Assembly: GCA_001822075.1 (NCBI GenBank) | Contig: MHPK01000006.1 | Span: forward strand, 1-56,976 | Reading direction: 5' to 3' | From: Candidatus Staskawiczbacteria bacterium RIFOXYB1_FULL_38_37 | Lineage (GTDB): Bacteria > Patescibacteriota > Minisyncoccia > Minisyncoccales > Staskawiczbacteraceae | Length of the DNA stretch: 56,976 nucleotides | Shown: positions 49,117 through 56,976 of the stretch, in pieces | How positions within the stretch are numbered: the stretch's first letter is position 1 | Layout: every line of letters starts with the position of its first letter | Position numbers and translations under genes: made by a program | Notes under the pieces: generated by a model | Told to the model about the DNA's origin: nothing | Seen by the model: only the letters and a program-made list of their open reading frames with translations | The model's database searches: none

Positions 49117-50530
49117 GGCCTTGGCAATAAGAAGACATTGTGCCTTCATCCATAAAGGTCTGTATGCAACCAGCTCTTGTGTATACGCTGTTAGCATAAG
49201 AAGAAGACCCTCCGTAGTACCTTGAAGCAGCATTTTTTTCTGCTGTTTTTGTTTTAGCTCCAGCTCCCAAATCAGCTAAATACAAACCTGAAGCTGTAAA
49301 AGAATCTGTTATGCCCCACGGGTCAGGAGTCCTGCCCAATAAGGTTTTTAATCTGTCTTCAAACAATTTCCATGTAGAAGGTATAAATTGCGCAGGGCCC
49401 ATGGCTCCTCCCCATCCGTATGGCTGGCCCCTCACATAGGCTGGAATCCAGCAAGAAACAGGAGTATCGTAAGCGCTTCTGCCCAATTTTTGTGTAATTT
49501 CTAAAAATGGCGCAACATCTCTTGTGGGCTTCATAATTCTGATTACAACAGCTCCTGTTGAAATCTTTTTTCCCTCTCCTGTTACAGCGTTTGTCAAAAC
49601 GCACTGGCCCACGTTTCTGCCAATAGCAGATTCCTGGCTTATTATGGCCAAAAGAAACGCCGGCCTTATGCCAACCATATTTCCAACGTTTTTGGCCATC
49701 TCAATTGCTTCTCCAAAATTTGGAGCCTCTGTATCAGCGGTTCCAGCCAAAGAAAATAACATTGCTCGGATTTTAGCTTTTTTAGCCTCAATTTCATTTT
49801 TGTCTGCCAGCTGTTTTTGATATTCAGCTTCTGTTAAATTCAAATATTCCTGCTGTTGCCGCTGATTTTGCTGGTTTTCTTTTTTCTGCAATGTCTGGAA
49901 GGCTATGGTTTTTTGAAGCTGATCCACTTCCCCGTCCATCTTTTCTTTTTGCCCTTCCAAATAAGATTGAAGGTCTTTTGTGCTGTCTAAAAGCTCGCTC
50001 ACTTTTTTGTTTAACCCTTCCAAATAAGCTATATTGCTAAAAAAATTAAAAAGATTTCCCTCTAATAAAATTATAAACGATGGCTTCTGGTCTTGCTCGT
50101 AAATCTTCCTTAAAATATTTTTTATCTGGTTTTGTGATTCTTCAATATCATAAAAGGTTTTATTTATAGATTCCTGAGTGTCTGTAATTTGCAAACCCAG
50201 ACTGTTAACCTTGACATTGCTCTGGCTAATCTGATAATCCAAATTTTGAATTTTCTTTTTAAGGGCTGCTATCTGGTTTTGAAGGGTGTTTTTTTGCTGG
50301 GTTGTTTTTGTAATATCCTGGCTTATAAGCTCTGACTGCTCGTCATAATAGTCTGAACATTGCTGCAGTAAATTTTTGCAGTCAGCTGAAGACATATTCG
50401 GGCAGCCTGTATTTGACTCTGAAATTTGAGCGCATTGGTCAGCCAGATCAGCGGCTACAAAAAAAACAGGAAACATTATCCCTAAAAGCAAAATAGACAA
50501 AAATAATGACTTTGCGTTACGTAAAAACAT
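49106..50530 (-). CDS. Coiled-coil lytic murein transglycosylase-like protein
   Basis: QES, GAMGPAQFIPSTW; long coiled coil; signal peptide. Confidence 0.8.
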   Translation of the reverse strand: MFLRNAKSLFLSILLLGIMFPVFFVAADLADQCAQISESNTGCPNMSSADCKNLLQQCSDYYDEQSELISQDITKTTQQKNTLQNQIAALKKKIQNLDYQISQSNVKVNSLGLQITDTQESINKTFYDIEESQNQIKNILRKIYEQDQKPSFIILLEGNLFNFFSNIAYLEGLNKKVSELLDSTKDLQSYLEGQKEKMDGEVDQLQKTIAFQTLQKKENQQNQRQQQEYLNLTEAEYQKQLADKNEIEAKKAKIRAMLFSLAGTADTEAPNFGEAIEMAKNVGNMVGIRPAFLLAIISQESAIGRNVGQCVLTNAVTGEGKKISTGAVVIRIMKPTRDVAPFLEITQKLGRSAYDTPVSCWIPAYVRGQPYGWGGAMGPAQFIPSTWKLFEDRLKTLLGRTPDPWGITDSFTASGLYLADLGAGAKTKTAEKNAASRYYGGSSSYANSVYTRAGCIQTFMDEGTMSSYCQGLIF

Positions 50531-50645
50531 TACAAAAATTATTCTAATTTCTAATTAAATATTAATTTCTATTTATCTTTATTATCTCTTTTTTTAATAA
50601 AAAAACAACCCTGTTTTCCACAGGGATGTTCAAAGACGCAATCTT

Positions 50646-51302
50646 CTATTTTTTCTGTTCTTTTGGCTCCTCTATAACTTCTTCTGCTTTCTTTTCTTTT
50701 TCCACTTTTTCAACTTCGTCAACTTTTTCTTCAACTGGTACAGCTAATTCTTCTTCCACTTTTTCTGGGGGGGCTGCAGAAACCACGATTTCGTCTGGTT
50801 TTGCTGTTGCTTTAACATCTGGAGGCAGAAGCAAATCTTTCACTAATATATGGTCCTCAAAAGTTTCCAAGCTTTCAATAGAAACTTTAATTTCGTGGGG
50901 AAGATTTTGCGGCAAAGCTTTGACTCCTAATTCTGAAAAATGCCTTACCAGTGTGCCCCCTAATTCTTTTACGGCAAGCGACACGCCCTCGAAAACCAAA
51001 GGAACTTTTGCTTCCACCTCTTCTTTCAAAGAAGCTTGAAAAAAATCTATGTGAATTATTTTATCTGAAACAGAATTTTTTTGCACTTCATGAATAAGCA
51101 CCGGCCTGCCTTCTTTTTCCCCTTCCACTTGAAGCTCAATCAAAGAACTTTCGCCAGCTTCCTTAAAAACTTTTTGGAATTCTTTTAAATCAATTTCAAC
51201 CATGACGTTTTTAACGCCAGGGCCGTAAACAATAGCCGGAATTTTTCCTTCATTTATTCCGCTGCCTATTTCCTTTCTAATTTTAGCTGATAAACTGATC
51301 AT
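50646..51302 (-). CDS. rplY: 50S ribosomal protein L25 (CTC form)
   Basis: IPAIVYG, HIDF, LPHEI. Confidence 0.93.
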   Translation of the reverse strand: MISLSAKIRKEIGSGINEGKIPAIVYGPGVKNVMVEIDLKEFQKVFKEAGESSLIELQVEGEKEGRPVLIHEVQKNSVSDKIIHIDFFQASLKEEVEAKVPLVFEGVSLAVKELGGTLVRHFSELGVKALPQNLPHEIKVSIESLETFEDHILVKDLLLPPDVKATAKPDEIVVSAAPPEKVEEELAVPVEEKVDEVEKVEKEKKAEEVIEEPKEQKK

Positions 51303-51356
51303 TTTAAATTAATTTTAATAAGTTTAACGTAGCGATATAATTTAATCATGTTTTAA

Positions 51357-51566
51357 TTATTTTTCTATATGTATGCACTGGACGGGGCAAGCCTGAGCGG
51401 CAGATTCAGCGCACTCTACTTTTTCAACTTCTAATTCCTCCACTTCCTGTTTTGCAGCATCCTTAATGTGCGATTTGCCATCTTCTTGCGCCTCAAAATA
51501 TTTTGGGCACACAGCCTGGCATGATCCGCACCCTATGCACTTTTCTATTTCTAATTTAATCTTCAT
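51357..51566 (-). CDS. Ferredoxin
   Basis: CIGCGSC...CP and ACPV. Confidence 0.9.
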   Translation of the reverse strand: MKIKLEIEKCIGCGSCQAVCPKYFEAQEDGKSHIKDAAKQEVEELEVEKVECAESAAQACPVQCIHIEK

Positions 51567-51698
51567 AAATGAAAATGCGATACTAATATACTAATTCATG
51601 CTAATTATACTAATGCGTAAATATTCGCATTATTAGTATGCATTCGCATATTGGCATCGCATTTAGAGTATATTATATTTCTTTAAAAAAGTAAAGCC

Positions 51699-52586
51699 CT
51701 ATGCCTTGTTTGCTGAACCAAATATTCCAATCTTCCTTTCAACTACTTTTGTCACTGCTTCTTGCGCTAAAGGCAAAAATTTGTAAGGGATTGCCTCTTC
51801 TGGGTTTTCTGCCAGCGCCCTTCTTAAATTTTCAGAAAATGCTGATCTTAATTCTGTATTGATATTTATTTTAACTATTCCCAGTTTAATCGCTTCTTTA
51901 ATGTCGTCGTCTTGCGTGCCGGAACCGCCATGCAAAACTAAAAATTCCGCAGAATTTTTACCCTGAGCCCGTCGAAGGGCCTCTTGGATTTTTGCTAATA
52001 AATCTAATCTTAAATTTGGGTCAATGCCGGAAACCTCAATGCCATGGAAATTTCCAATGCTCACAGCCAGTAAATTCACTCCTGTTTTTTTTATATATTC
52101 TTTTGCATGGCCTGGCTTTGTTAAATCATCTTCTTTTATCTCAAATTTTTCTGAATAAATTTTTGAAGAATCAGTTCCTATCCGGCCGACCTCTCCCTCA
52201 ACCAAAACATCTTTCCATCCAACATATTTTTTAACTTTTTTTGTAATTTCTATATTTTTTGGCAAGGGCAGTTTTGAACCGTCAAAATGCACCATGTCGT
52301 ACCCTGCATCAATCGCCATTTTTGAATACTCAAAAGATTTTCCATGATCTAAATTCAAAAAAATTGGCAAACCAGTTTTTTTTCTTAAAACATCCCTCAA
52401 AGCCACTGCCTCCTCCAACCCAAAAAATTTGCTCTCGCCTTCCGAGGTTCCCAAAATCACCGGCGACTTTAATTCTGCGCATTTTTCAACAATGGCTTTC
52501 ATCTGCGAAAAATCAGAAAAATTAAACTGGGGCATTGCCCACCCTTCTTTCTGCGCTTTTTTAAAATAATATTTAAGGTTTTTCAC
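51699..52586 (-). CDS. fba: Class II fructose-bisphosphate aldolase (start re-called at GTG 52586)
   Basis: NLDH, EGEVG, GNFHG, LVLHGGSG, KININT. Confidence 0.9.
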   Translation of the reverse strand: MKNLKYYFKKAQKEGWAMPQFNFSDFSQMKAIVEKCAELKSPVILGTSEGESKFFGLEEAVALRDVLRKKTGLPIFLNLDHGKSFEYSKMAIDAGYDMVHFDGSKLPLPKNIEITKKVKKYVGWKDVLVEGEVGRIGTDSSKIYSEKFEIKEDDLTKPGHAKEYIKKTGVNLLAVSIGNFHGIEVSGIDPNLRLDLLAKIQEALRRAQGKNSAEFLVLHGGSGTQDDDIKEAIKLGIVKININTELRSAFSENLRRALAENPEEAIPYKFLPLAQEAVTKVVERKIGIFGSANKA

Positions 52587-52654
52587 CCCGTTAGAAGTCT
52601 TTTTTAGACCTCTCAATTATTTTTATATCTCCCCGTTAACGACTTCTAACGGGG
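52586..52654. mobile_element. MITE-like element, second copy
   Basis: ccccgttagaagtc...gacttctaacgggg flanked by ttca direct repeats. Confidence 0.75.
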
Positions 52655-52660
52655 TTCATG

Positions 52661-53713
52661 CTATTTTTCTATGCAAAAATTATTTTCTCCGCACTCTTCT
52701 TTTAAAACCTCAACCGGCTCAAATTTTGAATTTTTGTCTAAAAGCCCGTTTTTTGCCCCGATTTCAGACAAACAGGCTTCAGAGTTCGCTATGCCGAGCT
52801 GTATGGCTTTTTCAATATCGCCGCCACTTCTTATATAATCTGAAAGAAACCCAGAGGCAAAAGAATCTCCTGCTCCGGTTGCGTCGATAACTGGCAAATC
52901 TTTGTGGCCGACTACAGAATAAAAATATTTTCCGTCAGAAACAATAGCTCCCTCTTTTCCTTTGGTCATTGCAACTATACCCGGACACATTTCATCAATT
53001 TTTTTAAATATTTCGGGTTCTTCGCGAAAAGAAACTTTTGTTAAGAATGATGCTTCCTCCTGGTTTAAAACCAAAACATCTATTTTTTTTAAAATTCTCT
53101 GCAAGTCTTTTGAAGGCAAAGAAAGCTGAGTATTTCCGGGATTTACGGCTATTTTTATTTTATTTTCAAAAGCAAAATTTACTATGTCTTCAAATGGTGT
53201 CGCCTGCCTGCCGGCAGGCAGGCATAATAAACCTGAAAGCGGGGCTAAATAAATCCATTTTGTTTTAATTTTATTCCACGGAATTTTATTTTTATCCAGC
53301 AAATCAGACGCTCCGCGGTATGCTAAAATTGTCCTGTCTTCTCCTTCGCTTGAAATTATAACAGAGTAATTTGTCGCCTTTTCCTTTGTTTTTAAAACCA
53401 AACTTGTATCCACTTTAAATCCCTTTAATTCACTTATGATTTCGTTTCCTGCTGGATCATCCCCGACAACTCCGCAAAAAGCTGTTTTAAACCCCTGTTT
53501 GGCAAAAGTGGCAACCACGTTAGTTCCGCCTCCGCCAGTGGTAAATTTTATATCTTCAACATCAATTTTAGAGCCTAAAGCCAGGCAAATTCCTTCACCC
53601 GTAACAGAATCTTTATCGCCTGCCTGCGCAGGCAGGTCTTTGGTTGCCTTAAACGCCTTGGATTTTAAATTAATATCCTGCGCCGCTGACCCAAATGTTA
53701 TAATATCGTACAT
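52661..53713 (-). CDS. PfkB-family carbohydrate kinase
   Basis: GGGGTN, NQEE, DATGAGDSF. Confidence 0.92.
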   Translation of the reverse strand: MYDIITFGSAAQDINLKSKAFKATKDLPAQAGDKDSVTGEGICLALGSKIDVEDIKFTTGGGGTNVVATFAKQGFKTAFCGVVGDDPAGNEIISELKGFKVDTSLVLKTKEKATNYSVIISSEGEDRTILAYRGASDLLDKNKIPWNKIKTKWIYLAPLSGLLCLPAGRQATPFEDIVNFAFENKIKIAVNPGNTQLSLPSKDLQRILKKIDVLVLNQEEASFLTKVSFREEPEIFKKIDEMCPGIVAMTKGKEGAIVSDGKYFYSVVGHKDLPVIDATGAGDSFASGFLSDYIRSGGDIEKAIQLGIANSEACLSEIGAKNGLLDKNSKFEPVEVLKEECGENNFCIEK

Positions 53714-53800
53714 GATTTTATGAGCAAAGCGAATAAAATCATCCTGAGCCTTCGCAGGGCGAAGGATATACCTTGCTCGTTTAATTTTAAATTTAAAATT

Positions 53801-54112
53801 TTAAATTTTAAATAACCTGCCCCCAGAAAAAATGAATAAAATGGCGAATATCGCTAAAGCTAATATCGCCGCTATTATAATTCCCACTCTTCCGTCCTTT
53901 AAAAAAGCTTTTACAAAGAGATAAAGAAAAAATAAAAAACTAAGTAAAGATAAGATAAGAGAGAGAATGGCGAACGGCCAACTAAAAATAGTGCGAGAAG
54001 TATATGATGCCTCTATTCCATAGTACAAAGCTCCAAAAATAAAAATAACAGACAAAACTAGAGAAAAAATTGTCCAAAAAATTAACGATTTTTTATTATC
54101 TAAAAAAGACAT
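53801..54112 (-). CDS. Small membrane protein
   Basis: Three hydrophobic segments. Confidence 0.6.
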   Translation of the reverse strand: MSFLDNKKSLIFWTIFSLVLSVIFIFGALYYGIEASYTSRTIFSWPFAILSLILSLLSFLFFLYLFVKAFLKDGRVGIIIAAILALAIFAILFIFSGGRLFKI

Positions 54113-54146
54113 AATTTTATAAATTTAATAATATTTATTAATTATT

Positions 54147-54671
54147 TTATCTTTTGTTTTTAAACGGTGCTCTTGATGGTGTAAAAAGCAGGGCTTCTTT
54201 TTCCAAATTTTTGTCGTCTTCAAATTTTTCTATGACCGCATCCAGCAAGTCGGGCAAAATTCTATTCGCCGGACTGAATTTTTTAATGGTTCCAAGGGGA
54301 GACGAACTTTCCATTGCTTCTTTTTCTTCCTTTTTAATTCTTTTTAATCTTCTCTTTCTATTTTCAACTAATCTTTTGACAATAATTTTATAACCACTGT
54401 CATCCTGCAACAAACATTTCTGGACGTTAGTTATCTTTCCATTACCAACACCGAGTAATTTTATAATTTCATTATAAGTATATTTTCCAGACAAAAGTAC
54501 TGCAATTTCAATTCTCCTCATTAAAGTTGCAATTTCATCGGCCGTCAGCAAACTTTTAATAAACAGGCGAACCTCATTTCTATCCTTTAATGAATCTATC
54601 ATATCATAAAACTCGCCTATCATCTGGATTCTGTTCTGTTTTGGTAAATTATTTAAATGAAACGTCGTCAT
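54147..54671 (-). CDS. TrpR/YerC/YecD-like regulator
   Basis: LLTADEI..RRIEIAVLL..TYNEI...LGVG..KIT. Confidence 0.85.
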   Translation of the reverse strand: MTTFHLNNLPKQNRIQMIGEFYDMIDSLKDRNEVRLFIKSLLTADEIATLMRRIEIAVLLSGKYTYNEIIKLLGVGNGKITNVQKCLLQDDSGYKIIVKRLVENRKRRLKRIKKEEKEAMESSSPLGTIKKFSPANRILPDLLDAVIEKFEDDKNLEKEALLFTPSRAPFKNKR

Positions 54672-54678
54672 CTTACTT

Positions 54679-54704
54679 ACACCCGTGCACTAGTGCACGG
54701 GTGT
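54679..54704. promoter_or_regulatory. 26-bp perfect palindrome with ACTAGT core, candidate operator
   Basis: acacccgtgcactagtgcacgggtgt, 7 bp upstream of the start codon. Confidence 0.65.
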
Positions 54705-54730
54705 GTTTATATTTGACTATTTATATTAAA

Positions 54731-56976
54731 CTATTTTTTATCGTTAAGCTTTTTTTCGGTTTGGGCGATGGCAATTTTTGTTTTTATTACAGAATCAGGA
54801 TTCAGCGAAATTGATTCAATTCCTAGTTCCACCAAAAATTGCGCGAAATCCGGAAAATCAGAAGGCCCTTGCCCGCATATCCCAATATACTTTTCATTAT
54901 TTTGGCATACTTTTATTGCTTCTTCAATAAGCTCTTTTACAGCTTCGTTTTTTTCGTTGCCTATTGCAGACAAATTTGAATTGTCTCTGTCTAAGCCCAA
55001 GGTCAATTGCGTAAGGTCGTTGGAACCAATTGAAAACCCGTCAAAAATTTCCAAAAACTTTTCGGCCAAAATTACATTAGATGGAACTTCGCACATAACA
55101 TAAACTTTAAGGCCTAATTCTTGGCTTAACCCATTTTCTTTCATAATTTCTAAAACCCTTTTACCCTCTTCAACTGTTCTGCAAAATGGAACCATTACAA
55201 CCACGTTATCTAAGCCAAACTCTTCTCTTACTTTTTTAATAGCTTTTAGTTCCAGAACAAAAGCGTTTTTAAATTTTGGGTCGTAATACCTTGAAGCTCC
55301 TCTGAAGCCAATCATCGGGTTTTCCTCTTCTGGTTCATACAACTCGCCGCCAACCAATGACCTATATTCATTTGTTTTAAAATCAGAGAATCGCACAATA
55401 ACAGGCTTTGGATAAAAAGCTGCTCCGATTTTTCCGATTCCTCCGGCTAATTTATCAACATAGAATTTAATTTTATCATCATACCCCAAAGTCAGCTGGT
55501 CAATTTTTTTTCTTAATGCCGGCGATAATTTTTTGTAATTTATCAGGGCATTAGGATGGATTTTAATATCATTTGCAATTATAAACTCTTCTCTTGCCAG
55601 GCCAACGCCGTCGTTTGGAATAAAACTCAAATTAAACGCGTTTGAAGGCTCGCCCACATTCATTAAAATTTTGGTTCTTGTTTTCTGTATATTTGAAATA
55701 TCTGTTTTTTTAATTTCAAACGGAATAATTCCGTCATAAACCACTCCTGCTTCCCCTCCTGCGCAGGAAACTGTAATTTTTCTGCCAGTTTTTATTTTTT
55801 TTGTGCCCTCAGCTGTGCCCACAACTGTTGGAACTCCCAATTCCCTGCCCACAATTGCGGCATGGCATGTTCTTCCGCCTCTGTTTGTCACAATAGCTTT
55901 TGCAATTTTCATTGCCGGAACCCAGTCGGGGTCTGTCATATCTGTTACCAAAACTTCGCCCTCTTTAAACTTTTCAATATCTTTTACAGACATAATTACT
56001 TTTGCGGTTCCCTGCCCGATTTTACTGCCAACGCTCATTCCCTCTGCTAACACTATTTTTTTAGCAGCAGAATTTATTATATATTCTTCCAAAACACTAA
56101 GATTTTTTTTACTTTGAACAGTTTCCGGCCTTGCCTGCACAATAAACAATTCGCCGGTTTTGCCGTCTTTTGCCCATTCCATATCCATTGATTTTTTATA
56201 ATGGTCTTCGACTATTACAGACCATTTTGCCAAAGCCAAAATGTCTTTATCACTGATGCAAAAATTTTCTCTTTCTTTTTTTGTTGTTGCAAGGTCTTTA
56301 GTGGGATTTTTTGGGTCTTTTGTGTAAGTTAATTTTACCAATTTTGTGCCTAGTGTTTTTTCTAAAATTGGAGCAAATTCCTGCCTGCCGGTAGGCACGG
56401 CTTTTTTTAAAGTTGTTTCAAAAACATAAAACTGGTCAGGGTCAACCCTGCCTTTCACCACATTTTCTCCCAAGCCATAACTTGCGTTTATTAAAACAAC
56501 GTCTCCAAAACCGGATTCTGTTTCGCAAGAAAACATAACTCCCGAAGTTCCCAAATCAGACCTAACCATCTTTTGCACGCCAACCGATAAAGCAACAGAA
56601 AGATGGTCAACTTTTACCTGCTCTCTGTAAATAATTGCTCTGTCTGTAAAAAATGAAATAAAACAATTTTTAACAGCCCGTAAAAGCTGTTCTCTCCCGG
56701 TAATATTTAAATAAGTTTCAAACTGTCCGGCAAAAGAGGCGTCCGGATTGTCTTCGGCCACTCCGGAAGTTCTTACAGCAACATCTGTGGCGTTGCTGTT
56801 ATATTTTTTTGATAATTCCTCGTAGGCCTCAAATAAATCTTTTTTTAATTCTTCTGCAAAAATTCCTGTTTCAATTTTTTCTCTGGCTGCTTTGCCGACT
56901 GTCCTTACAGATTGCAAATTTTTGGGATTTAAATTTTTAAAAATTTCTGATAAAGATTTATCAAATCCGTTGGCTT
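54731..56976 (-). CDS. ppsA: Phosphoenolpyruvate synthase (5' end beyond window)
   Basis: SFAGQ, QARPETV, GGRTCHAAI, GLARE, FSIGSNDLTQ, ICGQ. Confidence 0.95.
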   Translation of the reverse strand, partial: ANGFDKSLSEIFKNLNPKNLQSVRTVGKAAREKIETGIFAEELKKDLFEAYEELSKKYNSNATDVAVRTSGVAEDNPDASFAGQFETYLNITGREQLLRAVKNCFISFFTDRAIIYREQVKVDHLSVALSVGVQKMVRSDLGTSGVMFSCETESGFGDVVLINASYGLGENVVKGRVDPDQFYVFETTLKKAVPTGRQEFAPILEKTLGTKLVKLTYTKDPKNPTKDLATTKKERENFCISDKDILALAKWSVIVEDHYKKSMDMEWAKDGKTGELFIVQARPETVQSKKNLSVLEEYIINSAAKKIVLAEGMSVGSKIGQGTAKVIMSVKDIEKFKEGEVLVTDMTDPDWVPAMKIAKAIVTNRGGRTCHAAIVGRELGVPTVVGTAEGTKKIKTGRKITVSCAGGEAGVVYDGIIPFEIKKTDISNIQKTRTKILMNVGEPSNAFNLSFIPNDGVGLAREEFIIANDIKIHPNALINYKKLSPALRKKIDQLTLGYDDKIKFYVDKLAGGIGKIGAAFYPKPVIVRFSDFKTNEYRSLVGGELYEPEEENPMIGFRGASRYYDPKFKNAFVLELKAIKKVREEFGLDNVVVMVPFCRTVEEGKRVLEIMKENGLSQELGLKVYVMCEVPSNVILAEKFLEIFDGFSIGSNDLTQLTLGLDRDNSNLSAIGNEKNEAVKELIEEAIKVCQNNEKYIGICGQGPSDFPDFAQFLVELGIESISLNPDSVIKTKIAIAQTEKKLNDKK

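Noticed and set aside
52587-52616. N-terminal extension MRGLKKTSNG of Fba
   Set aside because: Derived from the MITE-like element; GTG at 52586 is the more plausible start

Overview
AT-rich bacterial chromosome segment with almost all genes on the minus strand. Gene content, rRNA introns and tRNA features point to Patescibacteria/CPR, Parcubacteria-like (inference). It carries surface proteins with a sortase, cell-wall genes (ftsQ-like, FemAB, Mur ligase, mrdA-mreD-mreC), serS and lysS flanking a restriction-modification pair, translation genes (ychF, greA, tsf, rpsB, rpmE, short prfA, rplY), sugar metabolism (fba, pfkB, ppsA) and two tRNAs. The rRNA set is unlinked: 23S-5S at ~21.8-29.1 kb with four group I introns (L1917, L1931, L2449, L2504) plus a fifth (L2593), and 16S at ~38.3-41.6 kb with a group I intron (S1498) and a IIC-like group II intron carrying a LAGLIDADG ORF. 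Main unexplained signals: (1) several families of tiny GC-rich palindromes inserted in frame into housekeeping proteins, rRNA helix tips and rRNA processing stems; (2) a MITE-like element that inserts at ATGAA start codons and regenerates a GTG start; (3) a 16S 3' end lacking the anti-Shine-Dalgarno sequence, alongside small self-contained orphan cassettes (consensus promoter, strong SD, terminator, in two cases a shared 3' pseudoknot), one of which encodes a PEP-CTERM protein.
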